Below, piece after piece: positions 9,944 to 17,838 of a DNA stretch of 27,777 bases. The stretch spans positions 23,360 through 51,136 of the forward strand of contig JARRQT010000017.1 of NCBI GenBank assembly GCA_037381445.1, in the 5' to 3' direction. The translations under genes were made by a program, and so were the position numbers. Each line of letters starts with the position of its first letter. Within the stretch, counting starts at the first letter, position 1. Under the pieces are notes generated by a model. The model had not been told where the DNA came from and did no database searches. It was given only the letters and a program-made list of their open reading frames with translations. Origin of the DNA: Calditrichia bacterium. Lineage in GTDB: Bacteria > Calditrichota > Calditrichia > RBG-13-44-9.

Positions 9944-11020
9944 TTAAAGCAACTTCGGAACAGCATGCCGTTTGTTTTGGGCTTCAAGATTCAGCAGATA
10001 CTGCTTTCGCCATAAACCACCGCCGTATCCCACCAATTTGCCGTTTGAACTGATCACCCGGTGACAAGGCACAATGATGGCAATTCTGTTGTCGCCGTTT
10101 GCTTTCGCTACCGCCCGAACCGCCTGCGGAGAATTAATTTTTTCAGCCTGTTGCTTATACGACCGGGTATCTCCGTACGGGATTTCCATCAGCGCCCGCC
10201 ACACTCTCTTTTGAAACGCTGTGCCATCTAAAACCAAGGGGATTGTGAATTGCTTTCTTTTACCGGCAAAATATTCCGTAATCTGTTGATTAAGTTCTTC
10301 AAAATGGCCATTGGTGCCGGGCATCAGGTCTGCATTGAGCAATTTTTTGATTCTCTGCAGTTGTGTTTCCAGCATACGCCGATCAACAAATTCCAGGAGA
10401 CAAATTCCCTCTTCTGTCGCACCGGCCAGCATGGGTCCCAGCGGCGTCAGAATTCTGGTGATGGCAATAAGATTTTTCTGCGGGCTTCTTTTGGGCGAAA
10501 AACCGGCAATTTTTTTGAATGAATCCGTGAAGCCGCTCAGCGATTCATAACCGGATTCAAAAGCTGCTTCTATGACCTTGTCCCCATATTTGATTCTTCC
10601 GAAGGCGGAGCTGATTCGCATCGTCCTCAGGTAGGTTTGAAATGTCATATTGTGATTTTTCTTGAACCACCTTCTGACGCGGTTGGGATCGATTCCCATT
10701 TTTCGGATCTCGTCGTCCCTGATCCTCAACTCCTTTCTCCGGTCCATTTCGGTCAGCAGCGGTTTTAGCCATCGGGGCGTATCGCCTTCTTTTTCCAGCG
10801 GGCGGCAAATCTTGCAGGGACGATACCCGGCAAGCAGAGCATCATGTGCCGACGGGAAGAATTCAATATTTTCTTTATGGGGCTTTCGCGCAGCGCAGGT
10901 GGGGCGACAAAAAATGCCCGTGGTTTTCACCCCGACAAAAAAGATTCCTTCATACTTGCTGTCCCGTTTAACAAACGCGTCATACATGGTTTCCAGATCG
11001 GGCATGGTATTTTTCATCAT
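9944..11020 (-). CDS. ada: Bifunctional Ada regulator / O6-methylguanine-DNA methyltransferase
   Basis: Zn-binding N-domain (TTGIFCRPTC...RPCKIC), AraC-type HTH (ESGYESLSGF) and C-terminal active site PCHR. Start chosen after AAAGGA. Confidence 0.93.
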   Translation of the reverse strand: MMKNTMPDLETMYDAFVKRDSKYEGIFFVGVKTTGIFCRPTCAARKPHKENIEFFPSAHDALLAGYRPCKICRPLEKEGDTPRWLKPLLTEMDRRKELRIRDDEIRKMGIDPNRVRRWFKKNHNMTFQTYLRTMRISSAFGRIKYGDKVIEAAFESGYESLSGFTDSFKKIAGFSPKRSPQKNLIAITRILTPLGPMLAGATEEGICLLEFVDRRMLETQLQRIKKLLNADLMPGTNGHFEELNQQITEYFAGKRKQFTIPLVLDGTAFQKRVWRALMEIPYGDTRSYKQQAEKINSPQAVRAVAKANGDNRIAIIVPCHRVISSNGKLVGYGGGLWRKQYLLNLEAQNKRHAVPKLL

Positions 11021-11228
11021 CTGCCATCCTTTTATCATCTTGTTTCTTTCAGTGGCCAACTGATCCGTTTTAACTCGCCCAAATATGGAATAATTTCGGA
11101 AGGCATGAAACCGAAAAATTGTCAACCATGTAAAAATTCCGCAATTTTGCAGAAGAGGGCCTATGTGTTATCAGCGATTTTCGGACAGGAAAAATTGGGG
11201 ATTTTGACGGGGATTTCATAAAGACAGT

Positions 11229-11265
11229 AAAAAGAGGAAAGGGCGGATTGATACCGCCCCTTCCC
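11229..11265 (-). terminator. Rho-independent terminator of glnA
   Basis: Minus strand reads GGAAGGGGCGG-TATCAAT-CCGCCCTTTCC-TCTTTTT, about 10 nt after the glnA stop. Confidence 0.85.
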
Positions 11266-11275
11266 GTGCAATCTG

Positions 11276-12598
11276 TTAATAATACGAGAGATATCTGTCC
11301 AGTTCCCACTGGTGAACCTGGGAGATATACTGCGACCATTCCATTTTCTTGGCCGACACGAAATGATTGAAGATATGATCCCCCAACGCTTCCCGCATGG
11401 TGCTGCTTTTCTCAAGATTCTGAATGGCTTCCAAAAGGTTTGCGGGAAGTTCCTCAACCTTCAGGCGCCTTTTCTCTCGCTGGCTCATGGTAAAGATATT
11501 CTTATTCACAGCCGGCGGCGGGGTTATTTTATTTTCTATTCCATCCAGACCGGCGGCCAGCATCACCGCCAGGGCCAGGTAAGGATTGGCCGACGGGTCG
11601 GGTACCCGAACCTCGATGCGGGTGCTTTTGCCCCGTTTTGCCGGTACGCGCACCAGCGGACTGCGGTTTCTCTCCGACCAGGCTACATTAACAGGTGCTT
11701 CGTGACCGGGAACCAGTCTTTTATAGGAATTGATCAAAGGATTGGTAATAGCCACAAATGCGCTGGCGTGTTTCAGAATGCCACCGATGTAATATTTTGC
11801 AACACCGGAGAGACCGTCCTCGCTTTTGGGGTCGTAAAAGACATTATCGTCTCCCTTGAACAAAGACTGGTGAACATGCATTCCCGAGCCATTGATTCCG
11901 AATATCGGTTTGGGCATAAAGGTGGCATGCAGGTTAAATTTCTGGGCCGCTTTTCTTACCACAAATTTAAAGGTGGCGACATTGTCCGCTGTTTCCACGG
12001 CCCCGGCGTATTTGAAGTCTATCTCATGCTGGCCGCGGGCCACTTCGTGATGGGCCGCTTCCACTTCAAAACCCAGGCTTTTCAGAATATTAACAATTTC
12101 CCGGCGGGCGTCTTCTCCCAGGTCCAGCGGGGCCAGATCAAAATAGCCCGCCGAATCATGGGTGTCCAGTATCGGATTTCCTTTTTCATCATGCAGGAAA
12201 AGAAAGAATTCCGCTTCAGGGCCGGCCTGCATGGTGTATCCCATTTTTTCAGCTTTTTTGCAAACTCGTTTGAGGATCTGGCGGGGACAACCCCCAAAGG
12301 GAGTGCCGTCCGGATTCATGATATCGCAAATGAGGCGGGCAATCTTATCCCCATTGTTTGTCCAGGGGAAAATCCGGAAAGTGTTCAGATCCGGGTTCAG
12401 CAACATGTCCGATTCTTCAATACGCGCAAATCCTTCAATGGAAGAACCGTCAAATAGAATTTCTCCGTCCAGCGCCTTTTCGAACTGCGATTCGGGCACC
12501 TCGACATTTTTATTCACACCGAAGATATCGGTGAACTGCATGCGAAGAAATTTAACATTCTCTTCTCTGCAGACCTGCAAAATAGATTCTTTCGTCAT
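11276..12598 (-). CDS. glnA: Glutamine synthetase type I (GSI-alpha)
   Basis: [61 protein letters not shown]. 440 aa. Confidence 0.97.
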   Translation of the reverse strand: MTKESILQVCREENVKFLRMQFTDIFGVNKNVEVPESQFEKALDGEILFDGSSIEGFARIEESDMLLNPDLNTFRIFPWTNNGDKIARLICDIMNPDGTPFGGCPRQILKRVCKKAEKMGYTMQAGPEAEFFLFLHDEKGNPILDTHDSAGYFDLAPLDLGEDARREIVNILKSLGFEVEAAHHEVARGQHEIDFKYAGAVETADNVATFKFVVRKAAQKFNLHATFMPKPIFGINGSGMHVHQSLFKGDDNVFYDPKSEDGLSGVAKYYIGGILKHASAFVAITNPLINSYKRLVPGHEAPVNVAWSERNRSPLVRVPAKRGKSTRIEVRVPDPSANPYLALAVMLAAGLDGIENKITPPPAVNKNIFTMSQREKRRLKVEELPANLLEAIQNLEKSSTMREALGDHIFNHFVSAKKMEWSQYISQVHQWELDRYLSYY

Positions 12599-13056
12599 AT
12601 TTGTTTCCTCTGTGATAATTGTGAAACGGGTCGTTATTTAGTGTCAAAATGCATCATCCAACCAATTTGATGGACAAATATAATACATATTATGCAAATC
12701 GCAATCATATTTTAAAACATTTTGCGCTTTTTAATGTGTCACCACGCATATTTTTTAAATCCGGAAATTTAATGTCCGGAAGATCTGCTTGTTCCCGATT
12801 TTCAAATTTTCGGGCACTCGTTATGAATAAAATCAGGCCGGATGACCGCGTTCATTCTTTCTCCATCAAGAATAAAAAAATTCTGCCTCCGGATCTTACC
12901 GGCGGATCGGCCAGTTCCTTAATTCCGGAGGCGATTATTTGATAATTCAAAAATTATTGAAACTTCTATCCTGAATTTTATTGTATTATATTTATCACTT
13001 TGCTGGCAGGACGGCATCCATTGCCGGTATCTTCAGATTTAAAATTTTTTGATATT

Positions 13057-13085
13057 TGTAACTTTAAACTGAAATGACAATCTAA
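13057..13085 (+). promoter_or_regulatory. Putative autoregulatory ECF-sigma promoter
   Basis: tgtAACTT-N16-TCTAA resembles the RpoE-type GAACTT-N16-TCTRA consensus and ends 15 nt upstream of the sigma gene. Confidence 0.55.
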
Positions 13086-13100
13086 AATATTGCAGTCGGA

Positions 13101-13694
13101 ATGATGGATAATAAACGCATAAGCTTGCTTGTTTCCAGAACCAAAGAAGGAGACCAGGAGGCTTTTACAGAGCTGGTAAATTTCTTCAGCGAGAGAGTAT
13201 ACAATTTGGCGCTACGAATTCTGAAGAGTCCCGATGATGCTTCAGATGTATTACAGGAGACGTTTTTGGCGGTATACGAAAAAATTGGTACCTTCGACGG
13301 ACGTTCCAATTTCTATACGTGGGTGTATCGAATTGCTACGAACTTTGCTCTCATGAAATTACGCAAGGATAAACGGACCATTCTGACTGACGAGGATATG
13401 GAAGCAAAATTCGATAGTCCGGATAAGATGCAGATCAGTGAATGGAGGGACTTGCCGCTTCATGATATGTTAAGTAAGGAATTCCGGAAGCATTTGGATG
13501 AAGCGGTGGATGAATTGCCGGAAATTTACAGATCAGTATTCATTTTGAGAGATATTGAAAATATGTCCATCAAAGAGACGAGCGCTATTTTGGGAATTAC
13601 CGAATCGAATGTAAAAATTCGTTTAAAGCGGGCCCGGCTTTTTCTAAGGGAAAAGCTGGCAAAATATATGGATGAATATCTAAAGGAAGCATGA
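13101..13694 (+). CDS. ECF-family RNA polymerase sigma factor
   Basis: GDQEAFTELV, DASDVLQETFL and FYTWVYRIATN (region 2). LPEIYRSVFILRD...ETSAILGITESNVKIRLKRAR (region 4). Confidence 0.95.
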   Translation: MMDNKRISLLVSRTKEGDQEAFTELVNFFSERVYNLALRILKSPDDASDVLQETFLAVYEKIGTFDGRSNFYTWVYRIATNFALMKLRKDKRTILTDEDMEAKFDSPDKMQISEWRDLPLHDMLSKEFRKHLDEAVDELPEIYRSVFILRDIENMSIKETSAILGITESNVKIRLKRARLFLREKLAKYMDEYLKEA

Positions 13695-13948
13695 AGTATA
13701 TGAAGAAGCACAGCAAGAAAATTCTTGATGAACTCTGCAATTACCTGGGGCAGGATGTGGATCATCCCATGTGCAAGGAGCTGCTGCAGCACGTGAATGA
13801 ATGCCCGGACTGCCGTATCTATCTGGACACCATAAAAATGACGGTTTCCCTTTACCGGAAAACCTACGAACCGTCGCCGGTACCATCCGATGTGAAAGAG
13901 AAATTATTCAAAACGTTAAAACTGAAGCAATCCAAAATTCAGAAATAA
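13691..13948 (+). CDS. Zinc-binding (ZAS, zf-HC2) soluble anti-sigma factor
   Basis: HVNECPDC is an Hx3Cx2C motif. 85 aa, no TM segment, ATGA coupling to the sigma gene. Confidence 0.88.
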   Translation: MKYMKKHSKKILDELCNYLGQDVDHPMCKELLQHVNECPDCRIYLDTIKMTVSLYRKTYEPSPVPSDVKEKLFKTLKLKQSKIQK

Positions 13949-14075
13949 ATAACAGCAAGCCAAGTCCTTTACCGCTATCATATCCCCAAGAAACACAATC
14001 TGCAGAGCTAAAATCCCATTTTATCCGATTACATTATTGCATTTCTGATTTCAATCGGCTGAACGGCAAATTATC

Positions 14076-15098
14076 TCATCTGGACCATTTCAATACGATT
14101 TTTCCGGCCTGTTTTCCGTCCAGCATCCGCTGAAACGCCTGGCGATGATTTTCAAAGAGAAACACTTCATCAATGAAGGGATGAAGGTTTTTCGATTCGA
14201 AAAGGCGAATCATGTTTTCAAAATCAAGCGAGGTGCCCATGGTGGTTCCCAGCAGATTGATCTGTTTCCAGAAAATCCTGCGAAAATTCAGCCCTCCCGG
14301 ATTTCCCGAGGTCACCCCGTATACAACAATGCGGCCCCCATAATTCACCAGCTCAATCAATTCGGGAAATCCGGGACCTACCGCGCTGTCAACCACCAGA
14401 TCAATCCCCCGGCTGCCAGCCAGCGCCTGCAGTTTTTGAGGCCATCCCTCTTGTGTATAATTGGCGCCTCCCAGCACTCCCATTTCCACTGCTCTCTCAA
14501 TTTTTCCCCCGCTACCGGAAGTAACCAGCACATTGGCGCCCGCGGCCAAGGCCATCTGCATGATGAGGGAAGAAACGCCGCCGCCGATGCCGGTTATCAG
14601 GCAGGTTTCACCAGCCTTCAATTGGCCACGGGTAAAAAGCGCACGATAACCCGTAACGCCTCCCAATGGTATGGCCGCAGCTTCCTCAAAGGAGAGATGG
14701 GAAGGCTTCGGATGCACATTTGTCACCGGAACCGCCACATATTCCGCCAGCGTTCCCCTGCGCGGCATTCCCAAAATTTGAAATGTTTTTTGCTGAAACC
14801 GCGGATTATTACCCCAGTCCAGCGTGGGATTGATCACAACTTCACGGTTCAGCCAGGCCCGATCCACGCCTTCACCCACTTCGTGCACCGTGCCTGTCCC
14901 ATCCGAACCCAGTACCGCCGGGAGTTGTATTTTGGCATATTTTCCCTGGACGATCCAGAGATCACGGTGATTGAGTGCGGCGGCCCGAATTTTGATGGTA
15001 ACCTCTCCGGCTACCGGTTTGGGATAATCAATTTCCTCCACCTTCAGGTGCTTCACATCTCCGGTTTCATGAAGCACAACTGCTTTCATCCTGCTCAT
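14076..15098 (-). CDS. MDR-superfamily NADPH:quinone oxidoreductase-like protein
   Basis: AAALNHRD, LGSDGTGTVHEVG, GIGGGVS nucleotide-binding turn and GKIVL C-terminus. Lacks the Zn-ligand cysteines. GGAGG RBS. Confidence 0.92.
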   Translation of the reverse strand: MSRMKAVVLHETGDVKHLKVEEIDYPKPVAGEVTIKIRAAALNHRDLWIVQGKYAKIQLPAVLGSDGTGTVHEVGEGVDRAWLNREVVINPTLDWGNNPRFQQKTFQILGMPRRGTLAEYVAVPVTNVHPKPSHLSFEEAAAIPLGGVTGYRALFTRGQLKAGETCLITGIGGGVSSLIMQMALAAGANVLVTSGSGGKIERAVEMGVLGGANYTQEGWPQKLQALAGSRGIDLVVDSAVGPGFPELIELVNYGGRIVVYGVTSGNPGGLNFRRIFWKQINLLGTTMGTSLDFENMIRLFESKNLHPFIDEVFLFENHRQAFQRMLDGKQAGKIVLKWSR

Positions 15099-15430
15099 TT
15101 TTCATCCTCCGACTATTGGGCTTTGCGATACGACATATGCTTGCAGGCTCAAACAGTGATCCCGCAACAAATGGCCTATGCAGACATTCTTCAGTTTCTC
15201 CTATGAATTACCGAAGATAATGATTTTTGTTCGAATATGTTCTTTCGAATTAGCGAGGCATTTGACCGGTTTCTAAACTTCTCCCGAATATTACTTTCAA
15301 ATTTCTCTCACAGAAACTAAAAATGATGCATATTATTTGATTTTTGAAAATGCCGGTCATAAATTCAAATGTATCAGGTATGTTGATTTTTTTAAAGAAT
15401 ATAATTTCCATCCTGCTCCGGAGAAGCCTA

Positions 15431-15943
15431 ATGCCAGAACCGGTCATTCTTCACCCTGCCGTCGTTCATTTCGCCATCGCCCTGTTTCTGGTCAGCCTCC
15501 TGTTCGATGTCATCGGTGACCTCATCGGAAACAATAAATTCCACAGTGCAGCCTGGCTGAATCTGATTTTTGCCGGGATTGCGGCCGTTGCGGCGGTCTT
15601 GTCCGGATTGTGGGCCAAAAGCAGGGCTTTTATCCCCCCGGAGGCACGAGACACTTTGAATGTTCACCAACTGATGGCTTTCTTCATCGCCGGGGTGATT
15701 CTCATTTTGTTGTTCTGGCGAATCAATGCAAAGGGCTTACTGCCCGCGAAGGGAAAGGCATTTTATTATCTGATTTCCCTCGTTGGCCTAGGTCTTCTGA
15801 TCATCGGGGCGTATCATGGAGGCAAACTGGTTTATCACTATGGCGTCGGCGTCAGAAGCACGGTGGAACAACCGAAAATACCGGAGAAGCCGCAGAAGAA
15901 TAGGCAACGGCCGGGAGATGAATTTGTACCAGGAAAAAATTGA
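15431..15943 (+). CDS. DUF2231-like 4-TM membrane protein
   Basis: LHPAVVHFAIAL N-terminal motif, an internal His, and GAYHGGKLVYHYGVGV. GGAG RBS before ATG 15431. Confidence 0.8.
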   Translation: MPEPVILHPAVVHFAIALFLVSLLFDVIGDLIGNNKFHSAAWLNLIFAGIAAVAAVLSGLWAKSRAFIPPEARDTLNVHQLMAFFIAGVILILLFWRINAKGLLPAKGKAFYYLISLVGLGLLIIGAYHGGKLVYHYGVGVRSTVEQPKIPEKPQKNRQRPGDEFVPGKN

Positions 15944-16185
15944 TAGCTTCAGGCTAACAAAAGCTGGATGGCAGCCCGCCCCAAATTGTTTGAGGCACAT
16001 TTTTTCATTTGCCGCCCTTTACTTAAAAATTTTCCCAATCGTAAATCATTAATTTGCCATTTTTATTGAAAACCAGGCATGACTACTGTTCTGTTTTCTT
16101 AGATATCATGAAAAGCAATTTTAACAATTCAAGGCACTAACAACCATGGCAAAAATATCAGACAAAATTAATCGCGATTTACAAG

Positions 16186-16214
16186 TTGACAATTTCACAT
16201 GAAAAGGATAAATT
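16186..16214 (+). promoter_or_regulatory. Putative sigma70 promoter for the psiE-like/cytochrome cluster
   Basis: TTGACA-N17-TAAATT, with the inverted repeat TTTCA-CA-TGAAA in the spacer. Confidence 0.55.
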
Positions 16215-16288
16215 AAAGCATAGCATATTGCTGCAGAAAATCATCGAGTTTTACTGGAAACAGATCTTCACCTGAAAGGGGAGTTATC

Positions 16289-16768
16289 ATGCCAGCCAGG
16301 AAACTCATTCAGTCTCTCTTTCCGTTTGGTGAAAATTTCATTTATATCGTTGTTGGTTTTTTGCTTATCGCTGCCTCCTTCTTCCTCGTATTTGACATTT
16401 TCAGAATTTTTCTGCCATTCTCAGATTCGGGCGGCCTTATCCGCTGGGCGCTTGAAACAATAGATAAGATCCTTCTCATGCTGATGATAATTGAAATCCT
16501 TTACACAATGCGGGCATCATTTAAAGAGCATGTGCTTAATGCGGAGCCATTTCTGATTGTGGCGCTCATTGCCGCCATCCGGAGGATACTGGTCATCAGC
16601 GTGGAAAGTGCTTGCCTCCCTGAAAAATTTGTAAATCATATGATAGAAATCAGTATTTTGGGTGTTTTGACTTTTATATTTGTCGTTCCGATCATTTTTT
16701 TCGTCGCCGGACCACAGCAAACACATAATTTAACAAAACGCATTAAGGAGGAGGTATGGACCCTTTGA
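16289..16768 (+). CDS. PsiE-family (phosphate-starvation-inducible E-like) membrane protein; C-terminus possibly frameshifted
   Basis: DKILLMLMIIEILYT and EPFLIVALIAAIRRILVIS motifs, 4 TM segments, GGGGAG RBS. Confidence 0.8.
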   Translation: MPARKLIQSLFPFGENFIYIVVGFLLIAASFFLVFDIFRIFLPFSDSGGLIRWALETIDKILLMLMIIEILYTMRASFKEHVLNAEPFLIVALIAAIRRILVISVESACLPEKFVNHMIEISILGVLTFIFVVPIIFFVAGPQQTHNLTKRIKEEVWTL

Positions 16769-17838
16769 CCCTGATCCCCACCCCGGATACCATACCCGCA
16801 CCATCCTGGCTCTTTCTCCTTCTGGATGTTTCCACATTCACCCTTCACATTCTTCTCATCAACATTGTCCTGGGAGGCAGTTTAATCCTGCTGTTTACCA
16901 GGGCGGGAAAACAGAGTGCGGAACCGGAGAACAAATTGCAGGAAGGAATCGCCGGCAAGCTGCCGGTCATCATCGCGCTGGCTATCAATTTTGGAGTAGC
17001 ACCGCTGCTGTTTCTGCAGGTTATTTACGGACATTTGTTTTACACCAGCTCGGTCCTCATGGCGGTGTACTGGATTTTGATTATCCCGTTACTCATCGTG
17101 GGATATTACGGCGCCTACTACTATATCCGTAAAAAATCAAGCGCCCCGATGCTATCCAGAATCGCTATTTTGCTTACCAGCCTGATCCTTTTATATATCG
17201 GTTTTATTTTTGTCAGTAATATGACCATGATGGCCCAGCCAGAAAAATGGGTAGCTTACTTCGAAAACCGGGGCGGCACCCTGCTGAATTCGGGCGATCC
17301 CACTATCATCCCCCGTTACCTGCATTTTGTCACGGCCTCCATTGCCATCGGCGGATTGTTCCTGGCAATTGTCTGGTGGTTCCGGAAACAAAAAAATGCT
17401 GCCGGCGCAGAGGAGAAAATCAAATCCGCGCTCCGCATTTTTGGAATTGCGACCGCCATGCAGGTGGTTATCGGTTTCTGGTTCCTGCTGGCTCTTCCCT
17501 CTGAATTCATCATTCAGTTCATGGGGCAGAATTTGTTTTTCACACTCTTGCTTTTCGCGGGAATCTTTTTGGGCATCGGCGCTATCGTCTTCGCTTTTCT
17601 GGGAAATTTGACCTTCACTGCTGCCTTCTTTGTCGCCACGATTCTGACCATGGTTATCACGCGTGCCAATCTGCGCGCTCTTTACCTGGGCGATGCCTTC
17701 AGTCTGAGCAGTCTGAAGGTCGCTCCCCAGTACGGCGTCATGGCATTGTTCTTCATTATTTTCGCGGTGGGGATTGTCTCCGTGGTTTACATGGTAAGAA
17801 TGGCAATTTCTGCAAATGAAAGGAGGATTGCCTCATGA
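16756..17838 (+). CDS. Polytopic membrane protein, divergent cytochrome bd subunit I (CydA)-like partner subunit
   Basis: About 9 TMs. LHILLINIVLGG, AINFGVAP and RYLHFVTASIAIGG align by eye with CydA TM1, TM2 and TM5. Strong RBS AAGGAGGAGG. Confidence 0.7.
   Translation: MDPLTLIPTPDTIPAPSWLFLLLDVSTFTLHILLINIVLGGSLILLFTRAGKQSAEPENKLQEGIAGKLPVIIALAINFGVAPLLFLQVIYGHLFYTSSVLMAVYWILIIPLLIVGYYGAYYYIRKKSSAPMLSRIAILLTSLILLYIGFIFVSNMTMMAQPEKWVAYFENRGGTLLNSGDPTIIPRYLHFVTASIAIGGLFLAIVWWFRKQKNAAGAEEKIKSALRIFGIATAMQVVIGFWFLLALPSEFIIQFMGQNLFFTLLLFAGIFLGIGAIVFAFLGNLTFTAAFFVATILTMVITRANLRALYLGDAFSLSSLKVAPQYGVMALFFIIFAVGIVSVVYMVRMAISANERRIAS

Noticed and set aside
11312..12457. 381-aa ORF antisense to glnA
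   Set aside because: Shadow ORF lying entirely opposite a highly conserved gene, with no recognisable motifs.
14145..15206. 353-aa ORF antisense to the MDR oxidoreductase
   Set aside because: Shadow ORF with no motifs or RBS; the opposite strand has a clear family match.
15940..15985. agcttcaggctaa...atggcagcc, reminiscent of part of a c-di-GMP-I riboswitch
   Set aside because: The GGCAAA...GAAA...GACGCAAA portion is absent and the sequence abuts a stop codon. A covariance search would be needed to support it.
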